A stretch of 64,000 nt of DNA from Azolla caroliniana (GCA_043228905.1 JBHGNT010000003.1:17484001-17548000), one strand, 5' to 3'; positions 1 to 14,008 are shown, counted from the first letter of the stretch. Program-made: numbers and translations. Notes: generated by a model not told the origin, from the sequence alone.

Positions 1-135
1 ACTTGCATCTAGGAATTCTATACTATGATTTTTGCCAGATCAACATCAATCCCATGGAAGCTGGCACAAGTTACACGAATGCCCAAGAGTCTAGTTTCAA
101 AACTTGTCCCAAATCCAAATATCTGCATTCCACGA

Positions 136-581
136 TGTTGAGAGACAAGCTCAACATTGGCCGGATCGGCTGAGCAAGCCGAGCACCGGATTGGTTGGGA
201 CCGGATGGTTAGGCCGGACTGGTGCGTAAAACGGATGCGTAAACTGGTACGCAGACCGGCGCGTAGGAAGGCCGGATCGGTGCAGAAACCGGGAGGCCAT
301 CGGAAAGATATTCCGCAAGGAATATATTTGGGAGTTAGTGTAGGGGCTCCTCAATGAGCATTGAAGTACTGTCAGTACTTCTGTCAGTCCGAAAAGGACT
401 TGTATAAAAGTGTTCATTGAACACACACGATGTACAGATCGAGTATTATTTTTGAATTAAGTTCATGTGTTTACTCTCTCTCTGTCTCTCCCGTGCGTAC
501 TGTGAAAACCTAAGCTTTCCATTAAACCTACGTTTTCTGTTGTTCGGTTTCCTATATTGCTTCCGAACGCCATTCTTTTCA
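136..581 (+). repeat. 5' LTR of copia A1
   Basis: TGTTGAGAGAC...TTTTCA, direct repeat of 5593-6038, TATAAAAG near 403. Confidence 0.95.
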
Positions 582-937
582 TGGTATTAGAGCGCGAGGG
601 TTGAGAACCTCTACAGTCGACTTTGCTTGAAGGAAAAACCAACGAAGAAGAACAAGAAAACCGATGGACAGAGGAATGGCTAGCTCGCTTCCGACGGAGT
701 TCTTGTGTTTACTCTCTCTCTGTCTCTCCTGTGCGTACTCTAAAAACCTAAGCTTTCCATTAAACCTACGTTTTCTGTTGTTCGGTTTCCTATATTGCTT
801 CTGCGCGCCATTCTTTTCATGGTATCAGAGCGCGAGGGTTGAGAACCTCTGCATTCGACTTTGCTTGAAGGAAAAACCAATGAAGAAGAACAAGAAAACC
901 GATGGACAGAGGAATGGCTAGCTCGCTTTCGACGGAG
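460..937 (+). repeat. 238-bp tandem duplication of U5-PBS-leader-gag start
   Basis: Two PBS copies, TGGTATTAGAGC at 582-593 and TGGTATCAGAGC at 820-831. Two ATGGACAGAGG gag starts at 664 and 902. AG microhomology at the junction. Confidence 0.92.
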
Positions 938-3900
938 AAGCTTGACAGAACCAACTACGCATCTTGGTCCTACAAGATGCACCAGTACCTGCTTGGGCAC
1001 CGTTACTGGAGCTATGTCGAAGAAGAGAATGACGCGGCACCCGAATCGACACACAAAGACTTCCAGCATGGGAACAATCGGCGAGCAGAGTGGTGTACTG
1101 TTTTGCGTCTTGTGTGGGCGAACAACTATTAAGCTACGTTTGGGATGCAAAAACGTTGAAGGGTGATTGGGAAAGTTTGAAGAAGATCTTCGCCGCGAGC
1201 ACCACTGCCAGGAAGCTTCAGCTCCAACAAGAGTTAAGCAACCTACGACAACGTGATTTGTCAGTGGCTGACTATACCTCGAAGATCAAGAACATATGCG
1301 ACTCTTTAGCTTCCATCGATGTGAACATCAAGGAAAGTGAGATGGTCCAGGTCTGTCTCAGGGGTTTGGCATCAAAGTTCGGAGCGTTCCGAACTGCTAT
1401 GTGTACACAAGAGAATATGCCGTCATTTTCCGACTTACAGTTGATGCTCCTTATAGAGGAGAACCACATGGGTGCGTCGACAAGCACGCATGCCGACAGC
1501 AAGATGTTGTACACGGAGGGAGATAAGCCCCGTGGTCATGGCGGACGAGGTGAGTCGGTACGCAATGGAGGCGGTCGACGGGATCAAGGAAGAAGGCACC
1601 GAAGTCATGCCGACAGCAATTCCGGAACCTCCGGAAACAGGGGGAGTTGAAGCGATGAGAACCGGCAAGGGAAATCTGCCGCGGAATACTGGTACTGTGG
1701 CAAGAAAGGCCACAGGGAGAGCGAGTGCTGAAAAAGTGCGCCGATTTGGAGAGAACCGGATCCGGAATAGGTTCCGGACAGACCGACAAAAGAAATCGGC
1801 AACGATCACACTATGCCGAAGGATCCGGAGAAGCCGGAAAAGGGTCAATCTTCGTGACAAGACACGAAGCAAACTCAATGAAGAAGATCTCCCCGAAGTC
1901 GGAGGAGGTGTGGTACGTCGACTCCGGCCCATTAAACCACATGACGTGCCATAAGGAGTGGTTCTCGTACCTAGAAAAACCTATGCAACCGAGAGTAGTC
2001 GCAACCGAAGATGACACTCTGCATCCGATCGCGAATGTCCGAGAAGTTCCCCTGAGCCATCTCGGGCAGAAAGGGAAACTCATGAACGTGCTACACGTTC
2101 CGACAATCATGAAGAATCTGGTGTCGGTCGGGCAAATCATCGACCAGGGGATGCAGGTCTGCTTCACGCATCTTGGGTGTTTCATCGAGGAAGAAGGCCG
2201 AGTTATTGCGCAAGGGCACAGAGACGGGAGGATGTTTATCCTTGACTCTAGTGACGGTGGCACCGCAATGTTCACGAAAGGACAAAAAGTCCAGTCGGAT
2301 ATCAACTTATGGGACAAGTGGATTGGCCATGTCAACTATCAACGGCTTCAGGACCTGCAATCGAAACAGGTGGTGTTCGGATTGCCCAAATGTAGTGGCC
2401 GGAAGGATGCCAGCTCGGGAAGCAACACCGACTTCCCTTCCCCAACGAGCGTAACCGGAGCCGGAACAAGCTCGACTTGATACACTCCGATGTGCAGGGG
2501 CCGACACAAAACGTTAGTCTTGGCGGGAGCTGATATTTCATCTCCTTCATTGAAGACTACACGCGGCACACGTGGATCTACCTCATTGAGAGGAAGAGCG
2601 AAGTCCTCGACTGTTTCCGGGACCTCAAAGGGTTCATGGAAACGGAAACAGGAAGAAAGATCAAGTGCCCATGGTCGGATGGCGGAAAAGAATACTTTTC
2701 CGGTCAATTCAACGGTTATCTACAACATATGGGAATTCAACGTGAATTCAGTTGTAGATACACGCCAGAGCAAAGTGGAGCGGCCAAGAGGAAAAATCGG
2801 TCGGTTGGAGAAAAACTGTCGGCACACGAGCTATATTTCGGAACGAAACCGAACTTGCTACAATTACGAGTTTTCGGTAGCATTGCGTATGTGCATGTGC
2901 CGATGGAGAAAACTAGATGCAAAGGCCGAGAAATGTATCTTGGTCGGTTACTCGGACGAGCAGAAGGGTTATAAGTGTTATAACCCACGCACCAAACAAG
3001 CGCGCGTGAGCTGCGACGTTGTGTTTGATGAGTCCCCGTCCTGGTACTTGCCTCCGACTCCGGATCTCCACTCCAATCCGAGCTCTGACGATGAGGTCAG
3101 CGAGACTGAGATGCCTCTAGATAAGCCTGAAATCAGGACTAGCGAAGACAGTCCGAATTCGTTTCGGTTAAGCGGACCGAATGGACGACTGAGTCGGTTC
3201 GACCAGTCCGATGAAGAGGTGGCGAGTAGTGCAGACTCGGCCTTGCCTTCCCCGTGCAGGAAGTCGAGGAGATGGCTAACACGCAAAGAGAAAGGGAAGA
3301 AGAAGGTGTCGGATTCCGGCACGGATAGGAACGAGTCAGACCGACGCGAGTCCGACTCCGAGGGAAGCGGTGACGGGTCTTCAAGAGCGAAGTCCGCATC
3401 GGCCAAGAAGACCTCGAGACCGGCTCATGACCGATTACGCCGATCCACCCGCCAGAAGAACCCAGTTGTGTGGTTCAGATACAACGAGTACATGGCGCAT
3501 CATTATGCGTACATGACCCGTGCAGCGGAAGTGCGTGAGCCGGAGAGCTACGCAGAAGCGGCTAGGGACGCGAATTGGCGCGCCACGATGGAGGAAGAGA
3601 TGCACGCATTGGCGGAAAACGAGACCTGGGACCTAGTTGATGCACCGAAGGGTGTGAAGCCGATCGGATGTAGGTGGGTGTACAAGGTCAAGTACAACAC
3701 TGACAGCTCGGTCAACCAATACAATGCCCGGTTAGTGGGGAAAGGCTACGCGCAGAAACACAGCATCGACTACGATCAGATGTTTGCGCCGATCACGAAG
3801 ATGATGACCGTCCGTGTTTTGCTCGCAGTAGTTGCGGCAAAGGAGTGGCACTTACATCAGATGGATGTAAAGAATGCGTTCCTGCAAGGTGAGCTTGAGG

Positions 3901-5549
3901 AACAAGTGTACATGGTACAACCCCCCGGATTTCACTTCAGAACGAACACGTCGGTAGTGTGCCGATTGAAGAAGTCCCTTTACAGACTAAAGCAAGCCCC
4001 GGGTGCCTGGAACGCGAAGATCACGGAGCAACTGCGTCGGATGGGCTTTGCAACGTCAAAATCGAACTCTTCCCTGTTCATCAGGAAAGGTCGACTCGGT
4101 CCGGTCACTATTTTACTATATGTTGATGACTTGGTCATCACTGGCGCCGACCTAGGTGAAATCGACCGTGTGAAGCTCCAGGTTGAGGCATCGTTCGACA
4201 TGAAGGATCTGGGGGATCTTCATAACTTCCTCGGGATCAAATTGATCCGTACCCCCGAAGGCATATTGATCAGCCAACGCCATTATGTGCTGAGTATGCT
4301 CTTCAAATTCGGGATGGCCGATTGTAAATCCGTCTCGATTCCTCTGGATAGAACTGTCAAGCTTCGCACCAATTCCGGAAAGGTATGCGACCCGACGAGG
4401 TTCCGACAAATTGTCGAAAGCCTTATCTACTTAACAATCACCCGACCCGATCAGAGTTATCCGGTCGGGGTGATCAGTAAGTGCATGGCGTGACCTACCG
4501 AGGAGCACCTTCAATGTGCGCAACGCGTACTACGGTACGTAAGCGGCACTAAGGACCGGGGACTGCTATATCGGACCAGTATAGCCTCGCAACTGATCGG
4601 CTACACCGATGCAGATTGGGTTGGCATTACCGCCGATCGCCGATCCACGTTCGGATACGCGTTCTCTCTTGGGAGTGTCGCGATAGCGTGGAGCAGTAAG
4701 AAACAGTCGAAAGTTGCACTGTCAAGCACCAGAGCTGAGTACCGAGGAGCGGTTGTTGCGACATGTGAAGCCATATGGTTGAAGCGGCTACTTAAGGACC
4801 TGCAAGAGGAGGTGTCCGATCCGACGACGATCTACTGCGACAACCTCAGCAGCATCCAGCTCGCGAAGAACCCCGTTTTCCACACACGGACCAAGCACAT
4901 TGAGGTGCACTACCATTTTGTCCGTGAGCGTGTCCTTTCCAGTGAAATCGAACTTCAGAATGTTCAGACGGATCGATAGACCGCTGACATCTTCACCAAG
5001 CCTCTTGGTTTGGACAAGTTGCGGCAATTCTCGGGTGCACTTGGGTTGCGTCACCTCGACGTGCCGAACTTGAGGGGGAGAGATATCCCGAATGACCACG
5101 GAAGGGGGAGAGAAGACCGCGACGCTGAGTTGGATGACGAATTCGATTTCGGATTGGCTGAAGAAGCCGAGGGCGGATCCGCGGAATAGTCCAAAAGCAG
5201 ACATAAGGGGAGCAGCCTAAAGATAGAGCTGAAGCTAACCAAGCATGGGGGAGATAACGTCGTCAAGGGTGAGAAGACCGAAGAAGAGTTGGAGATAGCC
5301 AACTCGGATGAGAGTGAAAACCGAGCTGAGGTAGCCAAGTCGGTTCGGATGTTTGATTCAGATACACTAAATCAACCGAGGGCCAAGCGGAAAAGAAGGC
5401 AGCTAGGAGAAGCACCAACACCGCGACAGCAAGGGAGCTGTGAAGGGCCGTGGGAGCAGACAAGCAGACTGGAAGGGTCGAAGCACGCGGAGTCGAACAT
5501 GCCGAGGAGCGCGAGTGAGGCGTGGAGCCAGGAGGAACCGGAGCGGTGA
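902..5549 (+). pseudogene. copia A1 gag-pol with frameshifts and stops, plus acidic C-terminal extension
   Basis: Gag ..RKLQLQQEL, protease WYVDSG, integrase SDGGKEY / KCILVGY, RT QMDVKNAFL and LYVDDL, RNase H YCDNLS..RTKHIEVHYHF. Confidence 0.93.
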
Positions 5550-5592
5550 TCCGGAAGATCCCGAAGAGCCTCAAGTTGAGCTTGACGGGGAG

Positions 5593-6038
5593 TGTTGAGA
5601 GACAAGCTCAACATTGGCCGGATTGGCTGAGCAAGCCGAGGACTGGATTGGTTGGGACTGATCGGTTACGCCGGACCAGTGCGTAAAACGGATGCGTAAA
5701 CTGGTACGCAGACCGGTGCATAGGAAGGCCGGATCGGTGCAGAAACCGGGAGGCCATCGGAAAGATATTCCGCAAGGAATATATTTGGGAGTTAGTGTAG
5801 GGGCTCCTCAATGAGCATTATAGTAGTGTCAATACTTCTGTCAGTCCAAAAAGGACTTGTATAAAAGTGTTCATTGAACACACACATTGTACAGATCGAG
5901 TATTATTTTTGAATTAAGTTCTTGTGTTTACTCTCTCTCTATCTCTCCCGTGCGTACTATGAAAACCTAAGCTTTCCATTAAACCTGCGTTTTCTGTTGT
6001 TCGGTTTCCTATATTGCTTCCGCACGCCATTCTTTTCA
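5593..6038 (+). repeat. 3' LTR of copia A1
   Basis: Direct repeat of 136-581, preceded by the PPT and followed by TSD CACGA. Confidence 0.95.
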
Positions 6039-6385
6039 CACGATATGTGTGTTGCAACACAATAACTAATGTGTTATGTTTCATGTTGTATTCAATGCTT
6101 GCATGCAAGGTTTGATTACTGATGTGTTATGCTTCATGCAAGATTTGATTACTACTACTTGCAATCATGAATTCAAATGAACTTGGTGCTTAGAATTAAG
6201 ACACGCAACAATGCTCACATACTTCATAGAATGACCTAAAAGCTCCAATGAATCTTCAAGTCCCTATGTTTGAATCCATTTCACAATCTCAAGCACCCAA
6301 TTTCATTTATTGTTCAAATTTTTTTGTCTTACTTTTATTGATTATTCTATGTTTTTTTAATTTATGTATAGGTACATACATAAAC

Positions 6386-8496
6386 ATGGAAGATAGTCAA
6401 GCTACAACTCGTTTATCTTCACCCACAGATGCAACATCAATATCCGTCCCTAGAATCATATCAAGGACAAGAAAAAGAAGTTCATGGACCAAGCAACATT
6501 GGTCACCATCAAGGAGGGAGATGTATCTAAACGTCGATGTGCTTATTGTAACTTGTTATGGTCAAGCTCTACATCTACAGATTCTATTTCCAAGCATTTA
6601 TTAGATAAGCATAATATTCCTAGCACATCACAACCACAAGCTTCTAGCAGTGTTCTTGTCCAAACTAAAATAGATGCATCTACATCTACATTAGCTATAT
6701 CTCGTACTCAAGAGAAGAAATTTGATAGTACTATTGTTAGATATATAGTTTCATCAATTCTACCTCATGCACATATTGAGTCTTCTAGTTTTAAAAGATT
6801 AATGTATGATGTCTTGCCCAGTTATCAACTTAAATCAGCTCATACACTTAAAAGATTAGTGTTACGAATGTATGTTGTTCTTCGTCATTTAGTTATTAGT
6901 TATTTGTCCTCACAAAGTTTTAGATATGCTATAACTTATGATGCGTGGACAAATAATAGTTTGAAAGGATTTTATCCTATGACATTACATTGGGTCTCTT
7001 TGGAGTCTAGTAAGCCGACTAGTGTGCTCTTAGACTTTCTAGATGTCTTTCCAAGAGATGGGGTGGGAAAACGTGTCGAAAAAGCTTTATTCTCATGTCT
7101 AAAGTCATTTAATATCTCTTCACATATTCTATCTACAACTTCTGATGGTGCTAGTGAATCTCTACTTGCATCAAAAGAATTGGCTCCATTATTACTTAGC
7201 CATCATCGACAAGAGATTTTACAATCATCACATATGTTAAGATCCATGGTGCATACCTATCAACTTGGTGTAAAGTCTACATTAGAAGCTATTACTCCTT
7301 TTACTATGAAGTTAAGGAAGACATTACATTCTATACGTACAACTAAAGTGAGTATTCAAAAACCATGCATGAGAATGGGGAACATGAATCATTGTTCTAG
7401 ATTGCATTACTAGATGGAATTCAACTCTAATTATGTATCAACAATCCCTAAATTTAAGAGATGTCTTGATTTGTACCGCAAGTGACAAGGCCATTGCTAA
7501 TGAGTTTGTTGACCATACACTCTCCATAGAATATTGGAATCATATACAAAGTATGGAACAATGGTTGCTTGTGCCTACTAAAATTTGTAATTACTTGAGT
7601 GGGTCAAAGTGCCCTACCCTCTCACTAGTAGTGCTTGCATTCAACCACATATTATCACATTGTAATAAGTATCTATCTATGGATATGAACTCCGTTGATT
7701 CGCCCTCTGAGAAGATTACTCTTCAAGTGCAACATAAGGCTAGTACCAAATGCCTGCAATATCTAATTAAGTACCAAGAATCCTTGAAATCTGTTCCATC
7801 TCGAATCACAATGTTTTTTAATTGAAAATTTCCCTTATTTAATCTTTTTTTCTTACTAATAGTGTCTTATGTTTGAGTGTAGAGTTCCAAAACCAACAAA
7901 TCCAATTGAGAGAGACCTCAATGTAGAGTTGGTGCAAACTGTTTTAACAACAGAATATCATGATCCTAATGTCGAAGATTCTCCATCTGATGAGAAATCT
8001 CATGAATCATCAGCCCAGTCAAAGATTGAAGATATCTTGAAGCTTCCATGATCCAAGACTACCATATCTAACCCTCTACATTGGTGGTTTACCAATAGGT
8101 TTCATCAATATTGCATCATGTTTTATTAAACAAATTTGTTGCTATTGTTGGTAATTAAGAAACACATTTTTAACGTTATCTTTTTTGGTCATTTAAAATA
8201 GATATACTTTTCCAAGAATGTTCAAAATGGCATGTGATTATCTAGCAATTCTAGCTTCATCGGTGCCTTTAGAGGAAGCTAACTCTAAAGCTCGTGATAA
8301 TTTTGAAGATAGGCACTGGTTGCATTCATGCACTTTCAAGGCAAAAATGTGCATGCAATCTTGGTTAGATTTACTTGACAATGTAAACATTCCTCTACCT
8401 GAAGATATTAATGATGCCTATAATAGTTTAGATATCAATTTAGAAGAGATGATGGCAAAGGATGATGTTATTGAATACTTGTACTTGGACAAGTGA
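6386..8496 (+). pseudogene. hAT transposase, frameshifted, probably intron-containing
   Basis: BED finger CAYC...KHLLDKH, catalytic YDAWT and TSDGAS, TRWNST near 7407-7430, PLHWW near 8073-8087, and C-terminal dimerisation domain MACDYLAILASSVPLE. Confidence 0.9.
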
Positions 8497-9199
8497 AAAT
8501 GGTTGGAATACAACCAACTCGGACAATTGATGACTTTTTACATTTTTTGAATAGTAAACATTGTTAGGATTTCGGTCCCTCCGAATGGGATGATGAATGC
8601 CCGGTGAGAACCGGATGATGCAGACCCGGTGAGAATCGGATGAGGAGTACCCGGTAAGGAAGACCCAGTGAGAACCGGATGACGCAGGCCCGGTGAGAGA
8701 ACCTCTCACCGGATGAACGGACATATATGGAAATATGCTCTAGAGAGCTCACTGGGGCTATATTTGTAAATAGCCCGAAAGTCATATTAGTATAAATAAG
8801 ACCTAAAGCAAACATAATTGCGTTGATCATTATTTTTGTATGTAGTTATTGGTGTAACTATTGTCCAGTGCGTAATGGAGAGAGAGCGATACAGAGACTG
8901 TGTCTCTGTTGTAACCGCCGCCAGGCAAAGATTGTGAGCACGAGGTCGTTGCCTCTGTGTTCCCATGTTGTATTCTTCTTGCATAGTGAGAGTTGGATTT
9001 TGTGGACTCCCGTGGTTTTTCCCTCTCAGGGTTTTCCACGTTAACATCCTATGCATTCTCTTTCTGTTTGTGTACTTACTTCCATTTCTCATCTTTCTGT
9101 GTTTGATTATCATTGAAGTGACCTAAGTCTCGGTTGTGGTTGAAGATTATTCCGCATAGTTCTTGTCAATCTGCTATCAGAGCGAAATGACACAGAAAA

Positions 9200-12100
9200 A
9201 TGGATGATTCGTCAGGAGGCATGTTCAAGCTCATCGGCTCCAACTACTCAGTGTGGAAGTCGAAGATGAGGGACATGCTCGTGTTTAAAGATCTTTGGTT
9301 GTCGGTTCAATACGGGGACAAGAGACCGAACAAGATCGATGCCACGATATGGGAGGTAATCAACATGAAGACAATGACGTACATACGGTGTTTCATCGAC
9401 ATGAGCCTATACAACAACTTTAATGAGGAGAGTAAGGCTCATGAGCTCTAGGAGAAGATCGGCATTATGATTCAAAACAAAAATGTTGTTAATCGGGTTT
9501 CGGTATTCCGGAAGCTAGTGAGGCTCCGGTACCAAGATAGCTCCAGTATGGTGGAGCACATGAATGCCTTCCAAGGGTTGATTCACCAGGCAACCTCATT
9601 GGAAGTACCTCTCACCGATGAGGTACTAGCCTTACTCCTGCTCAGTTCCCTCCCAGATAGCTGGGAGACGTTAGTTGTCACTTTGGGCAACGCCGGGCCG
9701 GAAGGAAAATAGTTCCCTAGCAAGAGTCAAGTCGAGCTTGCTAGATGAGGAGACGCGTTCGAAAGACAAGGATACGAGCTTCGACTCCAAAGCGCTCCTT
9801 ACTGAATCGGAACGTGGAAGACAAAGGAACCATGGTCCCCAGAACCGGGAAACGTCGGGGACACCATCAAAGCCAAGGTGAAGGCCTACTTGCTTCTACC
9901 GTGGGAAGCCTCGACACTTCCAAAAGAACTGTACGCATTTCCGGAAAGAGAAGGAAACCGACAGTACTAATTCGAAGCGGTCACCGAACCGGAATGGTAA
10001 AGACCGGAGGGGACCGGAAGGGAATGACGGCAATCACAGCAAGTGAAGAGGAGTTGATGCTCATCACCAAGGAGAGTGAGGTGAACCTTGTCGGCGACGA
10101 GACGACATGGGTTGTCAATTCTGGAGCGTCATTCCACCTGACCCCAAACCATAAATACTTCTCATCCTACATAGCCGGTTAGCACGGTTGTGTCCAGATA
10201 GGGAATGAAGGAACATGCCGAATTATCGGCATAGGAGATGTGTGGCTGACAACACCAACCGGATGCAAGTTGCTGCTAAAGGATGTCTGACACATTTCGG
10301 AGGTTCGACTGAACCTGATATCAGCCGGTTAGTTAGATGATGAAGGCTACACAGGTAGCATCTGAACCGGTGTTATGAAGTTCAGCAAGGGAAGCCTGAT
10401 AGTGGCTCGGGCCCGGAAGGTCAACACATTGTACCTGATGAATGCCTGGTTATGTCCGGAAGAAGTGAACGTGGCATCCGACACTGCCGGTGAGATGTGG
10501 CACAAGAGACTGTGTCATATGAGCGAGAAGGGGATGAAGAGGCTTGCCGATGACAACCTCAATCCGGTGAAAGATGTGCATCTTGATAAGTGCACCGACT
10601 GCTTGGCCGGTAAGCAAAACCGGACCTCCTTCCGCTCAAGGCCTCCGATGAGACGTAATGCACCACTGGAGCTGGTGCATACCGATGTGTGTCAAGTGGA
10701 TACGAAGTCACATGCGGGATCGCAGTACTTCGTGATGTTCATAGACGACAACAACCAAAAGTTGTGCACCACACCGTTGAAGACGAAGGATCAGGTGTTA
10801 TCTATCTTCAAGGAGCTCCACGCAAGAGTGGAAAGAGAAACCGGTCGGAAACTAAAGGCGGTCCGAGCAGATAACGGAGGAGAATACCGGGGGCAGTTCG
10901 AAGAGTGTTGCCGCTCAAAGGGAATCCGGCTCGAATTTACCATGCCGAAGACGCCGGAACTAAACGGGTTGGCCGGGAGGATGAACCGGACCATAATGGA
11001 GAGGGTTCTTCGTCAGTCCGCTTCTTGAAAATCTTTACCCGTTTCCCCACTATAGGCACCCGTAGTACTGTTCCATCCAAATCGCATAGTTGGTAAGTTC
11101 CGTTGTCAAAAACTTTCCGAACCTCGTATGGCCCCGGAGTATGCTAGCACATGCACAATTACCCAAGACGTTTTGGGCTGAGGCGTTGTCGACAATGACA
11201 TATGTGATAAACAGGTCACCCTTAGTACCCTTGGATGGAGACACACCGCAGAGAGTGTGGACCAGTAAGGAAGTGTCCTATCGGCATCTAAAGGTGTTCG
11301 GGTGTCTCGCATACGTGCATGTTGCTAAGGACCGGAGAGGAAAGTTGGATCCAAAGTCCCGGCCTTGCCTATTCCTCGGATACGGCGATGATGAGTTCGG
11401 CTACTGAGTGTGGGATCCAGTCGACAAGAAGGTTTTTCGGAGTCGAGATATTATCTTCATGGAGGACAAGACCCTTGCCCACTAGGAGTCGGAGAAGAAG
11501 ATAATGAACTTCGAGTCGACCGGTAAGGATCAGTTTGATGAGATTCGGACCTACCCGGTTAAGAGTCGGTTGACACTCGAAGAATTGGCCGGTTACGGTG
11601 AGGATACCAAACCGGCAAAAGAAGAAGAAGAGGAAGCTGAAACCGGAACTGGCCAAGACCCTGAATCAGATTCGGATGAAGAACAAATAGAGGAGCCAGT
11701 TGCCGAAAGCCAAATACGGAGATATCCTCTCAAAGAGAGAAGGGCCCCCCGGAGATTTCCGGATGCAAATCATGTGTTGTTGACTGATGAGGGGGAGCCA
11801 AAAAACTTCGAAGAAGTGAAGGATGACACCCATAGCTGCAAGTGGTTGAGTGCCATGCAAAACGAGATGGATTCCCTGCATGAGAACCACACGTATGAAT
11901 TGGTGGAGTTGCCGAAAGGAAAGAGGGTTTAGGGATTCCCCAACTTGACGGTTTCACCGATTCGGATATGTCGGTTGATGCGGATACCATCTGGTCAACA
12001 TCGGGATATGTTATGACATATGCAAGGGGAGCTGTTTCGTGGCAATCGAGGTTGCAGAAGACGGTTGCGGCATCAACCATGGAGGCGGAGTACATGGCGG

Positions 12101-12419
12101 TTGTGGAAGCTGGCAAGGAAATACTATGGATGAAGGACTTCATCGAAGAGTTAGGGATCCGGCAAGAGGAATACCGGCTCTATTGCGACAATCAACGTGC
12201 CATCCACCTTGCGAAGAACGCAGCGTATCATTCCAGGACGAAGCACATCCAGCGGAGGTACCACTGGATCCGGGAGTGAGTGGAAGATCGAGAGTTCGTG
12301 CTGACGAAGATCCACACGGAGGAGAATGGGTCAGATATGATGACCAAGGTGTTGACGCCCGACAAGTTGGATGCATGTCGGAAGTGAATTGGACTAACCA
12401 GACATTCCATGCCAGAGTG
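9200..12419 (+). pseudogene. copia B1 gag-pol remnant
   Basis: Gag LIGSNYSVWKSKMRDML, protease WVVNSGASFH, GAG-pre-integrase WHKRLCHMS, integrase ADNGGEY, RNase H YCDNQ..RTKHIQRRYH. Confidence 0.92.
11008..11133 (-). other. Inverted Ty3/gypsy integrase C-terminal (GPY/F) fragment inserted in the copia integrase
   Basis: Absent from sibling B3 (GAGAGGTTCCGGAGT near 43521). Minus strand translates GPYEVRKVFDNGTYQLCDLDGTVLRVPIVGKRVKIFKKR. Confidence 0.8.
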
Positions 12420-13943
12420 AAGGGGGAGTTTGTTAGGATTTCGGTCCCTCTAGATGGGATGATGAAGTCCAAGTGAGAACCGGATGATGCAGACCCGATG
12501 AGAACCGGATGACGCAGGCCCAGTGAGTGAACCTCTCACTGGATGAAGGGACATATATGGAAATATTTACCAGAGAGCCCACTCGGGCTATATTTGTAAA
12601 TAGCCCGAAAGTCATATTAGTATAAATATGACCTAGGGCAAACATCATTGTGTTGATCATTATTTTTGTATGTAGTTATTGGTGTAACTATTGTACGGTG
12701 TGTAATGGAGAGAGAGGGAGAGAGAGAGAGAGCGATACAGAGACTGTCTCTGTTGTAACCGTTGCCAGACGAAGATTGTGAGCACGAGGTCGTTGACTCT
12801 GTGTTCCCCCATTGTATTCTTCTTGCATAGTGAGAGTTGGAGTTTGTGGACTCCCGTGGTTTTTCCCTCTCAGGGTTTTCCACATTAACATCGTGTGCAT
12901 TCTCTTTCTGTTTGTGTACTTCCATTTCTCATCTTTTTGTGTTTGATTATCATTGAAGTGACCTAAGTCATGGTTGTGGCCGAAGATTATTCCGCATAGT
13001 TCCTGTCAAACATTTACATTTTTCTCATTTTATGTTTTCTCCTCCTTTTTAAACTAAGAGACATTTGTCTTGTTTTTCTTTAAATTTTTGTCATTGATTT
13101 TGTTTCTGTGCTATTGTTGGTACTAAAGAGACATTTTGATCCTTATAATTTGTTTCAATCGTCATTAAATTCACTAATTCGTCAGAGATTTAAATGTTAA
13201 AGAAAGCATTAAGCATTTTAGTTGTTTTTATCGAAACATACTATTTGATTTCATCACTTGTCTTTACTTACCATTTCTGAGAATAATTTTTGTTCCCACA
13301 GAATACTTCCATAAGTTCCAACACTGCCTATATTATTGGGTAATAACCATATGTAAGGTTTAGGGTTAGGTGGTTTTAATATATATTTCACAAACCAGTT
13401 TAGGCCAAACCGGTTTAGGGATCAGTTTGGTTTGGTTTGATTTAGGCTTGAGAACCATTGAACGGTTTAGGCTAAAGCGATTTGGCTTGGATAAGGCCAA
13501 ACCGTTGCCGATTCCTAACAGCACAAGAGTCAACACACAGAGATTTCTCGGCCTAGGAATAGGCCGCAAGCTGTCAGGAATAGTACTAAAACAGAGATGG
13601 AATTAGTACTAAGAACAGCAGTACTATTAGTACTAAGAGGACGGGACTGCGTAAGATTCCCGAGAGAGGAAGTGAGAAGAGGAGAGAGAGAGAGATAGTG
13701 AGAATGAGAGAGAGAGAGAGATGATGACAACGGTTATATATTATGTGAAAAGATAAGTACAAGCGGCTAAGAGGCTTAAGACTGGCGTTGAACCAATTTG
13801 GTTCAAAACAATGCCTTGTGCCTCCTTTTATAGTGTTTTTAGGAATAATCCTGAAGCTTCTAGAATGTTCCAGAGAGATCTGGAATATACATCAATTTTC
13901 TATGATAAAGTATAAATGAAAATAATATCCTACAAAATACAAT

Positions 13944-14008
13944 TCATAATCTAATGGTAAGAGCTCGACCCATGTAGCATAAAGTCATGGGTTCGAGTCT
14001 TGCCATGA
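13944..14008 (+). promoter_or_regulatory. tRNA-like A-box/B-box cassette at the U3 edge of the Tcn1-like LTR (second copy at 19190-19254)
   Basis: TAATCTAATGGTAAGAGC at 13947 and GGTTCGAGTCT at 13990-14000. Confidence 0.6.

Larger units (their letters stand above)
136..6038 (+). mobile_element. Ty1/copia LTR retrotransposon A1, full length, degenerate
   Basis: 446-bp LTRs at 136-581 and 5593-6038 with TG...CA ends. TSD CACGA at 131-135 and 6039-6043. Met-type PBS. PPT at 5584-5592. Domain order gag-PR-INT-RT-RH. Confidence 0.97.
8562..13008 (+). mobile_element. Ty1/copia element B1 with the RT domain deleted
   Basis: LTRs at 8562-9168 and 12431-13008. TSD AACAT. Degenerate PBS TGCTATCAGAGC at 9172-9183. 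PPT at 12418-12430. Pol jumps from ..ELPKGKR directly to RNase H near 11930. Confidence 0.95.
1..13517 (+). mobile_element. hAT DNA transposon (5' end outside window), carrying nested copia A1 and B1 and inserted in the gag of copia A2
   Basis: Transposase remnant at 6386-8496. AAACCG/GGTTT-rich subterminal region at 13360-13505. Ends ...TTGCCGATTCCTA at 13517 (TAGGAATCGGCAA on minus, resembling plant hAT TIRs), followed at once by copia gag codons. The left TIR and TSD are not in the window. Confidence 0.75.

Noticed and set aside
5051-5574. env-like gene in the copia A 3' region
   Set aside because: The sense product is hydrophilic with no signal peptide or TM helix. The hydrophobic ORFs are antisense shadows.
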